IMG/VR virus record: IMGVR_UViG_3300043571_000425
DNA: 64,000 bases
Reading direction: 5' to 3' (one strand)
DNA from: a virus
A program made the position numbers and the translations under genes. Shown piece by piece: positions 1 to 10,050 of the stretch. Within the stretch, counting starts at the first letter, position 1. Each line of letters begins with the position of its first letter. The notes under the pieces are model-generated. The model saw only the letters and a list, made by a program, of their open reading frames with translations, was not told the DNA's origin and ran no database searches.

Positions 1-19
1 TATATTGAGTTAGGGATAG

Positions 20-226
20 ATGAAAGTGAAATGCAAGCTACGAGAAATCATGGAAGAGAAGGAACTGACTCAGTTAGAGGTTGCCGGAAAAACTGGCTTG
101 AGTCCTACCATAATCGGGCGTTTATACCACAATCGGTTTAGCCGATTGGACAACCAAACAGTTGCTAAATTGTGCGGTTTTTTTGGGCTGTCACTAGGCG
201 AAATGTTCTACCTGACCAACGACTAA
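20..226 (+). CDS. XRE/Cro-CI family helix-turn-helix regulator
   Basis: 68 aa; HTH core ELTQLEVAGKTGLSPTIIGRLYHN typical of XRE family. Confidence 0.75.
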   Translation: MKVKCKLREIMEEKELTQLEVAGKTGLSPTIIGRLYHNRFSRLDNQTVAKLCGFFGLSLGEMFYLTND

Positions 227-316
227 TAGACTGGTAATTCATCGGCGTGTTGCAGTGTTTTCGTGTGCCTATAGTTATTGAAAAGTCAATAACTTAATTA
301 ACTTCCTGATAAATTC

Positions 317-1576
317 ATGGCAAAACATCTAATAAGGCATTACGGGAAATACATTTATCGTCACGAGGACTACCAGGCAATTTGTCAAGGCGATGACTGT
401 GCATCCCAAATACTTAGTCTTTTCGAGTTCTGGACTATTTGCAGAATAGAAGAGATTAGGCGAATAGAAAGCTATAACGAGCAAAACAAAAGGGGGAATA
501 CGCCTTTATTGCAATCACCCGGTCTATGGCTATACGAAACAACGAGCGACATAAGCGATGGTATGCTCAACGCCTATGGTGATTCATCTATCAGAAAATC
601 ATTGAAAAAGCTTATTGCATGGGAGTTTATTGAATCTCGAAAATCAAAAAACGACTTTGACAGAACCAAAGAATACAAGTTCAATACTGAGTTGATTCAA
701 TCATCGCTAGATCAGTGGTGGAACGCTCAAAACATTGAAAAATCCGATCCGGTAAAAACAACGCACGAGCCGTTAGAAAAAACGTTGGAAACAGTAAAAA
801 CAACGTACGAGCCGTTAGAAAAAACGTACGAGCCGTTGAATTTAACGACTGATCTATATTCTCTAAACAGTCTTAATAAACAATCTCTTTTAACAGAGGG
901 CGTTGAGAGCGAAATTTCAAATACCGAAGACCCCACACCTAAGACAAATCCCCTCTTAGTCAAAAATCCAAAATCTTCGGTTTCACAAATAACCCATCCT
1001 AAAGACGGGTGTTCCGCCGCCGCGCTTCAAAACATTTACACATCTTGCGAAGATGTGTATGAGTTAATAGACCTGTTTTTGCTAAGTCCAGAAACATCTG
1101 ACGCGACACCACCAAGGGAAATGATGTCTGTGTTCTGCGAGAAAGCGAAATGGCACGGGTGGGTTCTGCCTTGGCGGTCAAGCAAAATGCACCGTGAGTT
1201 CCAAAACTGCAACCCTGAGATTGTGAAAAAATTAGCCGCTGATTTGGCGAGAAGAGACAAGGCGACACCGGATCAGAAGTATGGACACGCCATAGCAACT
1301 ATCAATCAGTGGGAGAAAAGCAAAGGCGGTTGGGTGAATTTAATGGCTTTATGCGATAGACCGGTTTCCGATGAACCAAACTTATCGGAGATATCACCAG
1401 AGTTATCAATTCCCCAATACATCAGGGATTGGTACGAGGCACAGCACGAATATCAGTATCGGACTCAATACCTCAAAAGCCCGTCTCTTACTGAATTTTT
1501 CGCAGGGAAGGACAACCAGGTTTGGTATCAGTTTGCCAAAGAGAAATTCCCCTCATGGGATTGGTCAAAAGTTTGA
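317..1576 (+). CDS. putative replication initiator / origin-binding protein
   Basis: 419 aa ORF immediately upstream of dnaB. It contains iteron-like DNA repeats encoding KTT(H/Y)EPLEKT, a lambda O-like arrangement. Function is inferred from context only. Confidence 0.4.
   Translation: MAKHLIRHYGKYIYRHEDYQAICQGDDCASQILSLFEFWTICRIEEIRRIESYNEQNKRGNTPLLQSPGLWLYETTSDISDGMLNAYGDSSIRKSLKKLIAWEFIESRKSKNDFDRTKEYKFNTELIQSSLDQWWNAQNIEKSDPVKTTHEPLEKTLETVKTTYEPLEKTYEPLNLTTDLYSLNSLNKQSLLTEGVESEISNTEDPTPKTNPLLVKNPKSSVSQITHPKDGCSAAALQNIYTSCEDVYELIDLFLLSPETSDATPPREMMSVFCEKAKWHGWVLPWRSSKMHREFQNCNPEIVKKLAADLARRDKATPDQKYGHAIATINQWEKSKGGWVNLMALCDRPVSDEPNLSEISPELSIPQYIRDWYEAQHEYQYRTQYLKSPSLTEFFAGKDNQVWYQFAKEKFPSWDWSKV
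752..840. repeat. iteron-like direct repeats (candidate ori)
   Basis: Core ACG(C/T)ACGAGCCGTT at 761-774, 803-816 and 824-837, giving spacings of 42 and 21 bp. A longer 33-nt unit GTAAAAACAACGYACGAGCCGTTAGAAAAAACG occurs twice. Confidence 0.6.
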
Positions 1577-1601
1577 ATCTTAAAATCAAGGATAAGGCAT
1601 C

Positions 1602-3014
1602 ATGTTTACTTCAAATGAGTTAGACTTCGCTCCCAACGGGTACGACCGCTTGCCACCCCAAAATATAGAGGCTGAGGAAGTAATTTTAGGCGGGATACTA
1701 TTAGACCCTGAAGCAATAACCAGAATTTGCGACCGATTACCGGCAGAAGCGTTTTACATTGATTGCCACGCAACGATTTATAGAGCAATGCTGGATCTTC
1801 ATTCAAAAGGAAAGCCAACTGACCTTTTAAGCGTGACATCTTACCTGTCAGACAGAATTGATCCTCGCACCAAGGAAAGCCAACTAAAATCAATTGGTGG
1901 CAGAAATAAAATGGCCACCTTGATTGACCGCACTGTATCAGCGGTAAATATTGATTCTCTATCAGGATTGGTTTACGAGAAATATCTCAGGCGGGAATTG
2001 ATCCGAATTTCCCACCGCAATATCAAGCTTGCCTACAGCACAGAAATTGAACTTCCAAAGATTCTGGAAGAAGCCCAAAAATCAGTATTTGATCTGACTC
2101 AATCCCAATCCGATGAGCGCCCTGAATTACTTCATGTGTCAGTGGCTATGCAAGAAATGTACTCCGATATGGAGAAAAAACTATCAGGCGAAGCCGTCCC
2201 AATCCAGTCAGGATTTTATGATCTCGATGCTCTAACTAGTGGCTTTGAGCCTAATCAATTTGTAGTGATTGGCGGAAGGCCTGCGATGGGGAAAACAGCG
2301 ATTGGGGTAGATATCGCCTGGAATATTGCATCTAAGCAAAATAATCAACACAAACCTGTATTTTTCTTCTCACTAGAAATGGACAGAAGACAGTTGGCGC
2401 GGCGGTTGACAACTCGATTATCAGGGGTAGAAGGTGCGCGACTAAAAACACCGAAGATCATGAATGACGATAATTGGACGCGAATATTAATGGCGATAGA
2501 GACATCCGAAGAATCAAAGTTATACATCTGCGATCATTCTCAAATGGATATGTTTGATATTACTGGCAGTATCCGCCGATTAATAGCACGAACTGGAGAA
2601 AAGCCCGGTGCAATTTTTGTTGACCATATCCACATCTTGGCAGGGACAGAAGAGGATGCAAAAGATGAGCAATCAAAAATATCAAAAGCGTCAAGGTTGT
2701 TGAAGAATCTATCATCAGAGTCAACTGGTTTTGGATGCCCTGTATTTGGTTTAGCTCAATTAAATAGAGCGGTTGAATCAAGACAGAGTAAACGCCCAAT
2801 GTTGAGCGACTTAAGATCGTCCGGCTCACTGGAACAGGATGCAGATTTTGTATTCTTGCTTTACAGAGATGAATACTACAATCCTGATACCCCAGATAGA
2901 GGAATTGGGGAGGTGATTGTAGCTAAGGGACGTGATTCTGGAACAGGAACAATCAAGCTTTTGTACGATGCCCCGATGGCTCAATTCAAGAATTTATCCA
3001 AACCACAATACTAG
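1602..3014 (+). CDS. dnaB: replicative DNA helicase DnaB
   Basis: 470 aa; N-terminal NIEAEEVILGGILLDPEAI, Walker A GGRPAMGKTA, and LAQLNRAVESRQSKRPMLSDLRSSGSLEQDADFV. Confidence 0.95.
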   Translation: MFTSNELDFAPNGYDRLPPQNIEAEEVILGGILLDPEAITRICDRLPAEAFYIDCHATIYRAMLDLHSKGKPTDLLSVTSYLSDRIDPRTKESQLKSIGGRNKMATLIDRTVSAVNIDSLSGLVYEKYLRRELIRISHRNIKLAYSTEIELPKILEEAQKSVFDLTQSQSDERPELLHVSVAMQEMYSDMEKKLSGEAVPIQSGFYDLDALTSGFEPNQFVVIGGRPAMGKTAIGVDIAWNIASKQNNQHKPVFFFSLEMDRRQLARRLTTRLSGVEGARLKTPKIMNDDNWTRILMAIETSEESKLYICDHSQMDMFDITGSIRRLIARTGEKPGAIFVDHIHILAGTEEDAKDEQSKISKASRLLKNLSSESTGFGCPVFGLAQLNRAVESRQSKRPMLSDLRSSGSLEQDADFVFLLYRDEYYNPDTPDRGIGEVIVAKGRDSGTGTIKLLYDAPMAQFKNLSKPQY

Positions 3015-3088
3015 CCATAAATAGCGACAATGTTGGCTGATCTGTCAACATCAAAGTTCATGAATTTATCCAAACCCAAATATTAACC

Positions 3089-4087
3089 ATGAATGCAGAG
3101 CAACTGAAGATTATCGCAGAAAATTCACCCCGTGAAGCTGCCAAAATCCTAAATATTCACATCAGAAATGTCCGATATCACAAGCAAAGAATGGAGGGGA
3201 AGAGCGTGAAACAGCTAAAACAACCCAAGACAAACTATAAATGGACAGAAGAAGAGGACAATTATTTACTTACTTTCGGGAATGATTCAACTTATCCAGA
3301 GTTAGAAGAAACACTTAAAGCGTCTCGCACTCAAATAGACTATAGATGCAAAACTCTTGGTGTTTCCCCAAAGAAGCAGACAAACTATAAGAAATGGACA
3401 GAAGAAGAGGACAATTATTTACTTACTTTCGGGAATGATTCAACTTATCCAGAGTTAGAAGAAACACTTAAAGCGTCTCGCACTCAAATAGACCATAGAT
3501 GCAAAACTCTTGGTGTTTCCCCAAAAAAGCTAAAACATCATAAAATCCTCACAGAAGAGGAAAAGGAGATTTGCTTACAAGGCTATCTTCACCAAGCAGC
3601 GGAAAAGCTGGGAGTCTCCATTCCAACTGCTGGACGACGTAGGAGGGAACTACTGAAAATAGATTTAGTGCCATTACCACTACCTACACCAACAAGATCG
3701 CTGATAAATTTTGTTGGTTTCAACGATGTCAAACAACCCGTAGAACCAACAATAGAACCAACAATAGAATCAAGCATGGAATCAATAACAGATCCAGTAG
3801 TAGAGCCAACATGGACACCTAAAAACGACATACTTTTGATCAAGCGAATTAGCAATAATTCCATTGACAAAGTTGCCAAATTATTTGGACAACCTGAAGA
3901 ACAAGTCAAGATTGGGATTAATGAAATTTTGTCGCAATTCCCAGAAATGACTGTCGGACAAATTCATCAAACGAAACTTATTCATTCCTATAGCCCTAAA
4001 TCGGCTGTGAGATATTGCGAGGTAATTCGGGAATATGCAAAGAACAGAGCCGCATATTCACCAGCAAGAATTAAGAACGACAGATGA
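3089..4087 (+). CDS. DNA-binding protein with duplicated Myb/SANT-like domain
   Basis: 332 aa; two near-identical WTEEEDNYLLTFGNDSTYPELEETLKASRTQID(Y/H)RCKTLGVSPKK units plus an N-terminal HTH-like segment. Confidence 0.5.
   Translation: MNAEQLKIIAENSPREAAKILNIHIRNVRYHKQRMEGKSVKQLKQPKTNYKWTEEEDNYLLTFGNDSTYPELEETLKASRTQIDYRCKTLGVSPKKQTNYKKWTEEEDNYLLTFGNDSTYPELEETLKASRTQIDHRCKTLGVSPKKLKHHKILTEEEKEICLQGYLHQAAEKLGVSIPTAGRRRRELLKIDLVPLPLPTPTRSLINFVGFNDVKQPVEPTIEPTIESSMESITDPVVEPTWTPKNDILLIKRISNNSIDKVAKLFGQPEEQVKIGINEILSQFPEMTVGQIHQTKLIHSYSPKSAVRYCEVIREYAKNRAAYSPARIKNDR
3231..3530. repeat. near-perfect tandem duplication (about 150 bp x2) inside the CDS
   Basis: Copy 1 at 3231-3377 and copy 2 at 3381-3530. 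They differ by a 3-nt insertion and two substitutions. Confidence 0.9.
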
Positions 4088-4764
4088 ACCAATTAACTTT
4101 AGATTTTCCCGTAGAAGAAATCCCAAGACCAATCATGAAACGTCATGATTTTGACCGTTACGATAGTCCCCACTGGTTTGTTACCCATTTACCCAATTAC
4201 GTCAAATTAGAGGGCATCGTCGGCGAACCCTGTAAAGGTAGTGGGAATATATCAAATTTACTCCCCTACTTTGACCAGGTAGGCTATCACTGGACAAACG
4301 ATCTAGACCCGTCGGTTGATGCAGATTTTAACCTTGACGCGGCTGATCCAAAGTCATGGGAACAACTGCCTGAAGCTGATTGGATTATCACAAATCCGCC
4401 ATTTAATGCAGCTTTACCAATTCTCAAAAACAGCTTAAATCATGCGCGATTGGGCGTGGTTTTCTTCCTAAGACTATCGTTTGTCGAACCAACAGAAGAA
4501 CGCGGACAATGGTTGTTTGCAAACCCTCGCAATTTAGATTTAATTTACCCAAGATTCAAATTTAGAAAACGTAAGGATGGTAAGCAATGGCAGACGGATT
4601 CAGTGCCAATTATCGCTATGATTTGGCGCAAAGATTCAGATGAAAGATTAGGATCAATCACCATTCCCCAATCACATATTTTGGGGTTTCACGACAACCC
4701 TGAGAATGCGCCAAGTTTTGATCGGCAAGTGGAAATTTTGCGACAAGTTCAGTCTAATACTTAG
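4084..4764 (+). CDS. DNA N6-adenine methyltransferase (orphan)
   Basis: 226 aa; motif I-like GEPCKGSGNI and motif IV ITNPPF. Confidence 0.7.
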   Translation: MNQLTLDFPVEEIPRPIMKRHDFDRYDSPHWFVTHLPNYVKLEGIVGEPCKGSGNISNLLPYFDQVGYHWTNDLDPSVDADFNLDAADPKSWEQLPEADWIITNPPFNAALPILKNSLNHARLGVVFFLRLSFVEPTEERGQWLFANPRNLDLIYPRFKFRKRKDGKQWQTDSVPIIAMIWRKDSDERLGSITIPQSHILGFHDNPENAPSFDRQVEILRQVQSNT

Positions 4765-4830
4765 GAGGCGATTAATCATGGATACATTGCTAATCTCGCT
4801 ACATCCGCGCCAAATTAGGAGTTAAATTCA

Positions 4831-6198
4831 ATGGATGATGACGATCTAATCCCCTGGAATCCTGCCCATTTCGGACACACGGATTTTCAAAAAGAAACCG
4901 ACGGGCAACTAACAATCTTCTTTGAAGACACGAACGAACCACCAGACCCGGACGATTTCGCCAGTATTGCAGACTACGAAATCGCCTGGACTGAATGGGA
5001 ACAAACACAAACTTTACCACAAGAGGGCAAACAAATGACATTCAATATCACAACACCGTTTGACAGCGAAATCGAACAACTCAAAGCTAAATTAGCGGAA
5101 CTGGAAACCCAAAAGCACCGCGTCTCTACCTGTGCGAATAGGATTGTTGAGCAGATTGGGGAATGTGTTGTTGAGATGAAAGAAGCGGGGGTAGGAAAGG
5201 ATAGTTTATTTTCGTGGGCTGAAACAATTTTCAGTACAATCACCGGAGACTTTTTGCCTCAAGAAAAATTAAATGAATCTCAAGATCAGATTGACGATTT
5301 AACCAAAGAGCGTAATGAGGCACTACAAAAAATCACCGATTTAACTGCGGCCAGTTTACGAGTTTCTGAAGAATTGAAAGGTGTCCGCGACAGTTTAGCG
5401 ATCGCCAATCAAGAATCTTTTGACGCTCGGAAGGAATTGGCGGATCTTGAACTAAAGCGGTTGGACATAAACCAAGAAACTTCTAGCAGCAATTTAATTG
5501 AAGGCTACAAAAAGACCATTGTAGAGTTAACTATCGCCAATCAAAAAATAACTGAAGAGTTGTTAAAACTACGCGGTGAATTACCATTAGTGGAATTGGT
5601 AAAGCACATGGAAGAAACTAGCACTCAACCCGAAGAATCAGAGAAAGATCCGCGCCAAAACGCGGCATTTTTAGAGGCTACAAACAATCAAGAAATTGTC
5701 TCAGAATTTCTCAGAAAACTAGACAGAATCGCCCGTGTTGATAAGTTGGATTGGGTGAAAATCAAAGAACTCCCTCTCAATCTTGAAACCATGCGGGAGT
5801 TAGGATTGCAAGTAAGTTCTAAGTCCAAAACCCACAAATACCTATTGGAACAAATGCCCGTAATGTGCGCCAAGTACATTGAAGAGACTGGCGATAGTTC
5901 GGATTTAGATTGGTTGCCAGGACATTTTGTGGAGTCAGTTCGTGAGGCTTTAGTAGAGATTGACAGTGAATCAACAGGTGAGGAAGATGAGGAAGTAAAA
6001 AAGTCTCCTCGATCTACGTCCCTTTCTGAAGTAAAACCAGTATTCCAGCGTGGTGATATTGTCCGCCACGTAATCACAAATCAACAATTCACGGTATTAG
6101 ACGTTAATAACGAATGGTTGAACGTCCAGGACTCTGAGGGACTAACCGATATGTGGCAAGCCTCCAATCTTGAATTAGTTGCAGAATTAGCCGCATAA
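4831..6198 (+). CDS. acidic coiled-coil protein, unknown function
   Basis: 455 aa long ORF with a heptad-rich central region and an SH3-like C-terminus; no recognisable catalytic motif. Confidence 0.5.
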   Translation: MDDDDLIPWNPAHFGHTDFQKETDGQLTIFFEDTNEPPDPDDFASIADYEIAWTEWEQTQTLPQEGKQMTFNITTPFDSEIEQLKAKLAELETQKHRVSTCANRIVEQIGECVVEMKEAGVGKDSLFSWAETIFSTITGDFLPQEKLNESQDQIDDLTKERNEALQKITDLTAASLRVSEELKGVRDSLAIANQESFDARKELADLELKRLDINQETSSSNLIEGYKKTIVELTIANQKITEELLKLRGELPLVELVKHMEETSTQPEESEKDPRQNAAFLEATNNQEIVSEFLRKLDRIARVDKLDWVKIKELPLNLETMRELGLQVSSKSKTHKYLLEQMPVMCAKYIEETGDSSDLDWLPGHFVESVREALVEIDSESTGEEDEEVKKSPRSTSLSEVKPVFQRGDIVRHVITNQQFTVLDVNNEWLNVQDSEGLTDMWQASNLELVAELAA

Positions 6199-6267
6199 GG
6201 TATATTATCGGTATATCTATAGAAGAACTGATATACCGAAACCCAGATTACACCCCAATCACTCCTA

Positions 6268-6296
6268 ACCACCTCTGCGCGGGGGTGGTTTTTTTA
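6268..6296 (+). terminator. rho-independent terminator
   Basis: ACCACCTCtgcgcGGGGGTGGT hairpin followed by T7, located after the 4831-6198 stop. Confidence 0.65.
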
Positions 6297-6321
6297 TTGG
6301 GGAAATCTCAAATAAAAAACT

Positions 6322-7806
6322 ATGCCAACACTAGAAGCACTTAAACGCCGTCATCCTGAACATATCCAATTTTGCGAGTATTGGGAATTGCTCACCGCAG
6401 TAGTTGAGGGTGGCGACTCAATAACCGATGTTATGAAACGGAAGTTACTCCCCAACCCTGACGGCAGGCCAGAGGAAATCATGAAGGAGCGGGTCAAGCT
6501 GGCGACGTACTGCAATAAAATCTCACCAATTTTGAGCCGCTTCAATTCAGAACTTTTTAAAAACCCGGCTGTACCAACTGGCAGTAATGACCCGTTTTGG
6601 AGTGATGAGTTTTTAAAGAATGGCGCATTATTAGAAGGTGACGACGACGGGCGGGCATCGTTCAATACTTTCTTGATGAATAGTATGTTTATGGCGTTAA
6701 CGACTGGTAAAGCTATTGCACAAATAGATACTAAATCAGCGGTTGGGGCGGTTTCGCTTGCACAGCAAAAAGAGTCAGGAGAGTTAAATCCGTATGTAAT
6801 TCTCCACCCTAGAACTGCTTTATGGGATTGGAAAAGCGGACGGGACGGGTTCAGTTTTTGCAAATTACACCAGTTTCAATTAGTGCAGCAAACGTGGGAT
6901 AGTGCGCCAGTTCCACAGCATATTTTTACTATTTTTTACCGTAGAGACGGGGCGGTTTTTACTTCTAAATATATTGCTAGGTTAATTCCCAAAGACAATA
7001 AACCCGTACCGCCAAATCCATTTATTAACACGGCAACTGATAAAGAAATAACGATTGAAACTGTTATCGAAGACCAGCCAATTTTCAATGTGCGAGGTAA
7101 GTTTGAATTTCCAATCGTTACTCTGACTTTACCTAAATCACTATGGATGGCGGCGCAATTGTTTGATTGTCAAAAGTCGTATTTCAATCAAACCGCAGCG
7201 ATGGAATACGCGCTTTACACAAATAATTACGCAATGCCCGTGATTACGGGCGTGGACGATGAAGATGATGATCCACTGCAAAATCGGAAAATGGGAGACG
7301 GGTATTATCTGACTCTGAAAACCGGACAATCAATAACATCATTTGAACGTAGCGGGGCAAATATTCAAACTGCCATTGGGTATCGTTCCGAGATTAAACG
7401 GGATATTTATGATGTTTTGCAGCAAATAGCCATGAGTGCGTCTGATGGCGCGGCTATCATTGCCCGTTCTGGAGTCTCTAAGGCTGAGGATAGAAGGCCA
7501 GAAGAAATCCTGCTAGAACGCTACGGACAATGTGTTAAGGAATTTGTTTTGCAAGTTTTGAAACCCGCAGCGATCGCTCACGGGGAATTAGTTGATTGGG
7601 AAATTACAGGCTATGACGAGTTTCTGGGGTTTTCACTGACAGAACTTTTAGAGGATATGGCTCTCATTGACGCTGCAAATATTCCGTCCCCAATATTTAA
7701 AAAGGAAGTGCAAAAGCATTTTGTGAAACGGGCTGCCAGAAGTTATGACCTTGATCCGCAAGCCGTTCAATTGGCACTTGCGGAAATTGACGCAACGGAT
7801 TTGTGA
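6322..7806 (+). CDS. portal protein (DUF4055-like)
   Basis: 494 aa; size, position upstream of scaffold and capsid genes, and an N-terminal region resembling DUF4055 portals (recognised from memory). Confidence 0.6.
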   Translation: MPTLEALKRRHPEHIQFCEYWELLTAVVEGGDSITDVMKRKLLPNPDGRPEEIMKERVKLATYCNKISPILSRFNSELFKNPAVPTGSNDPFWSDEFLKNGALLEGDDDGRASFNTFLMNSMFMALTTGKAIAQIDTKSAVGAVSLAQQKESGELNPYVILHPRTALWDWKSGRDGFSFCKLHQFQLVQQTWDSAPVPQHIFTIFYRRDGAVFTSKYIARLIPKDNKPVPPNPFINTATDKEITIETVIEDQPIFNVRGKFEFPIVTLTLPKSLWMAAQLFDCQKSYFNQTAAMEYALYTNNYAMPVITGVDDEDDDPLQNRKMGDGYYLTLKTGQSITSFERSGANIQTAIGYRSEIKRDIYDVLQQIAMSASDGAAIIARSGVSKAEDRRPEEILLERYGQCVKEFVLQVLKPAAIAHGELVDWEITGYDEFLGFSLTELLEDMALIDAANIPSPIFKKEVQKHFVKRAARSYDLDPQAVQLALAEIDATDL

Positions 7807-7817
7807 TGCGATCGCTA

Positions 7818-8252
7818 TTAGACCATCAATTCTTCCACATCGCTCACTAAAATAGCTCCATATCCTGCCAATTCAGCAGGGCTTATTAATATTTGTGCTT
7901 GATAATTAGGGTCTAATTCAGTTCTTTGAAGTAAAGCTATGATGGCATCAAAACTTCCCTGACTTAATTTCCCACCACGCTTTAAAGTGGTCAGATTCCC
8001 AACAATCCAATCAGGTCTATTCTGATTAATTGCGTCAAGAATCTTATCGTAAATTGGACTCTCAGCTATAGCTAATACTTCATTGTCAGCAACTACATCC
8101 GATACTTCCTCTAAGGTAGTTGTCACAGGGACTTGTCCTATAGGAACTGGATTATTAACTAATACCTTATCGTTTAAATATGAAGTTAATTCCCTAGCAG
8201 ACAATTCAGGGAATTGTGCAATTTGAGAAAGCAGCCATTGTTGTTTTGTCAT
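7818..8252 (-). CDS. hypothetical protein
   Basis: 144 aa ORF with an SD-like GGAGG upstream. Confidence 0.5.
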   Translation of the reverse strand: MTKQQWLLSQIAQFPELSARELTSYLNDKVLVNNPVPIGQVPVTTTLEEVSDVVADNEVLAIAESPIYDKILDAINQNRPDWIVGNLTTLKRGGKLSQGSFDAIIALLQRTELDPNYQAQILISPAELAGYGAILVSDVEELMV

Positions 8253-8445
8253 GATTTAATCAGCTATAGGAGGAGTAAATTTAAAAGGATGGTTGCTCGC
8301 CTGCTGTTTCTAAAAACTGGAGTTTGGACTAATTTCTTCGGCTAAAGCTTCAGACGCAAGCTGAGAGAAGGTTTCAGGCTTTAGAAGTCTCCTTTGGATT
8401 CGTAAGTTCCAATGCTTATCTCGTAAGGGTTTCAGGCTATGGAAG

Positions 8446-8919
8446 TCAATTTAGTCCAAACTCAAATAAATACTCCACCATTGAGAATCCGTAAAAAGTG
8501 CTTGAGTCTGACGACCCACTTGCAGAAGCAGAAAGACGCCGAATAGTGACTTCGACATTTACCGCAGTAGCAGGAGCAGTAAAAGAAAAATCCGTAGTAC
8601 TAACTGCAAAAGTGGCAACAAATCCACTCAAAGTTGTACCATTATTCGACCAACTTACGACTATGTCCCACGCTCCAGATGTTGGAGATGCCGCCTGTGG
8701 TGATGTAACTCTATAACGTTTATTTGGTGTTACATTTGCGCGATAAGACCATCCATTAAATACCCCCGAAGTTGACGTGAGGACATTTCCAGTACGAGAC
8801 ATAGGATTCCAATTATCATAGGCACCGCGTGAATAGCCCTGTCCAGAAAATAATTCGGTTCCCCATCTCGGTGTCCACAACTTTCTACCCAACACCACCA
8901 TTCTTGTAGAAGCTCTCAT
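8446..8919 (-). CDS. hypothetical beta-rich structural protein (possible receptor-binding accessory)
   Basis: 157 aa, Ser/Thr/Asn-rich; start overlaps the stop of the tail-fibre-like gene (translational coupling). Confidence 0.45.
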   Translation of the reverse strand: MRASTRMVVLGRKLWTPRWGTELFSGQGYSRGAYDNWNPMSRTGNVLTSTSGVFNGWSYRANVTPNKRYRVTSPQAASPTSGAWDIVVSWSNNGTTLSGFVATFAVSTTDFSFTAPATAVNVEVTIRRLSASASGSSDSSTFYGFSMVEYLFEFGLN

Positions 8920-9986
8920 ACAGCAAAGCTCCTTGCGCGAACAGTAAAACTTTCACTATTGGCAGCAGGGGCAAATGCTCCATTAGTAACCACATATCCA
9001 AACAGAGAAGTTCCAGTTAGTTTATAAAGTTGGTTTAGGTTTCTCTCTTCAGCAACTACACTACCACCACCCTGAGCCAGTGATGCAGACAATGCGATAC
9101 CTCTAGGATTCATAATACTAGCTCTATCTCCAGAAGATAAAGAAAAAGCTAGATTATCTGCTATAGCAGATGGTGGAGTAACATCGTATAGATATACCGT
9201 AAAGCTACTCATACCACTAGGGACTGCTGTGATATTAAAAATAATATCTAAGCTTTCAATAAATACAAATCCGCCACTAGCACCAATATTTGTTAACTCA
9301 AATACACCGCCATAAACATCATTAGCCGTATACGGTGTAACGTTAGCAGGTCTTGTTACTAACCTCGACGCAACATAAGCTAGTCCTGCTGGTGCAGTAG
9401 CCATGCTTACAGGTTGTGTTGCTTGCCAGAATGTACCGTCTACAGTAATACTACCGCCTGCATCGCTTATTGGAATAGGATTACCGACATCATTAGCTAT
9501 TTCTAAAGCAGGTGCAGTCCCTATATTAAAAGTAGGTGTAGATGTAAATGCTGGTAATGTACCACTGATACCCACAGAGGTTGGTGGGGTAAGTGTGGTA
9601 ATTTGTGCGGCTGGTAAAACAACTGGCACGCTTGCGGTAGCTAGAGCCTGCCCTAATACTGGAGTTTTGGTGTCAATATTAGATAAAGATGTATTGGCGG
9701 TAGTTTGTAAACTACTAGTAGCAGCACCGCTTGGTAAAGGCAGGCTACTAGCACTTACAGGTTGTGTCGTTTGCCAGAATGTACCGTCTACAGTAATACT
9801 ACCGCCTGCATCGCTTATTGGAATAGGATTACCGACATCATTAGCTATTTCTAAAGAAGCATTGCCGACCGTGACATTTAAGCTACCAACTTCTACAGGG
9901 ATTTTGCCGTTGGACAATACAGGGATGCGATCTCTCGTTACCCCCCAAATAGCTGACAACAAATCTTTGATATCTGATAAAGCCAT
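8916..9986 (-). CDS. tail-fibre-like structural protein with internal duplication
   Basis: 356 aa; LEIANDVGNPIPISDAGGSITVDGTFWQ(T/A)TQPVS occurs twice; Ala/Thr/Ser/Gly-rich. Confidence 0.5.
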   Translation of the reverse strand: MALSDIKDLLSAIWGVTRDRIPVLSNGKIPVEVGSLNVTVGNASLEIANDVGNPIPISDAGGSITVDGTFWQTTQPVSASSLPLPSGAATSSLQTTANTSLSNIDTKTPVLGQALATASVPVVLPAAQITTLTPPTSVGISGTLPAFTSTPTFNIGTAPALEIANDVGNPIPISDAGGSITVDGTFWQATQPVSMATAPAGLAYVASRLVTRPANVTPYTANDVYGGVFELTNIGASGGFVFIESLDIIFNITAVPSGMSSFTVYLYDVTPPSAIADNLAFSLSSGDRASIMNPRGIALSASLAQGGGSVVAEERNLNQLYKLTGTSLFGYVVTNGAFAPAANSESFTVRARSFAV

Positions 9987-10050
9987 AAGTTTTCACATTT
10001 TAATTTATATTTCCCGGTGGGAAATATATTAAAAATTTTGATTCAACCTT

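Noticed and set aside
1602-3014. Possible intein or intron in dnaB, as seen in some cyanobacterial dnaB genes
   Set aside because: The length (470 aa) and the uninterrupted motifs are those of an intein-free DnaB.
9403-10032. 209-aa plus-strand ORF
   Set aside because: It is antisense to the tail-fibre-like gene, and its internal repeat mirrors that gene's duplication.
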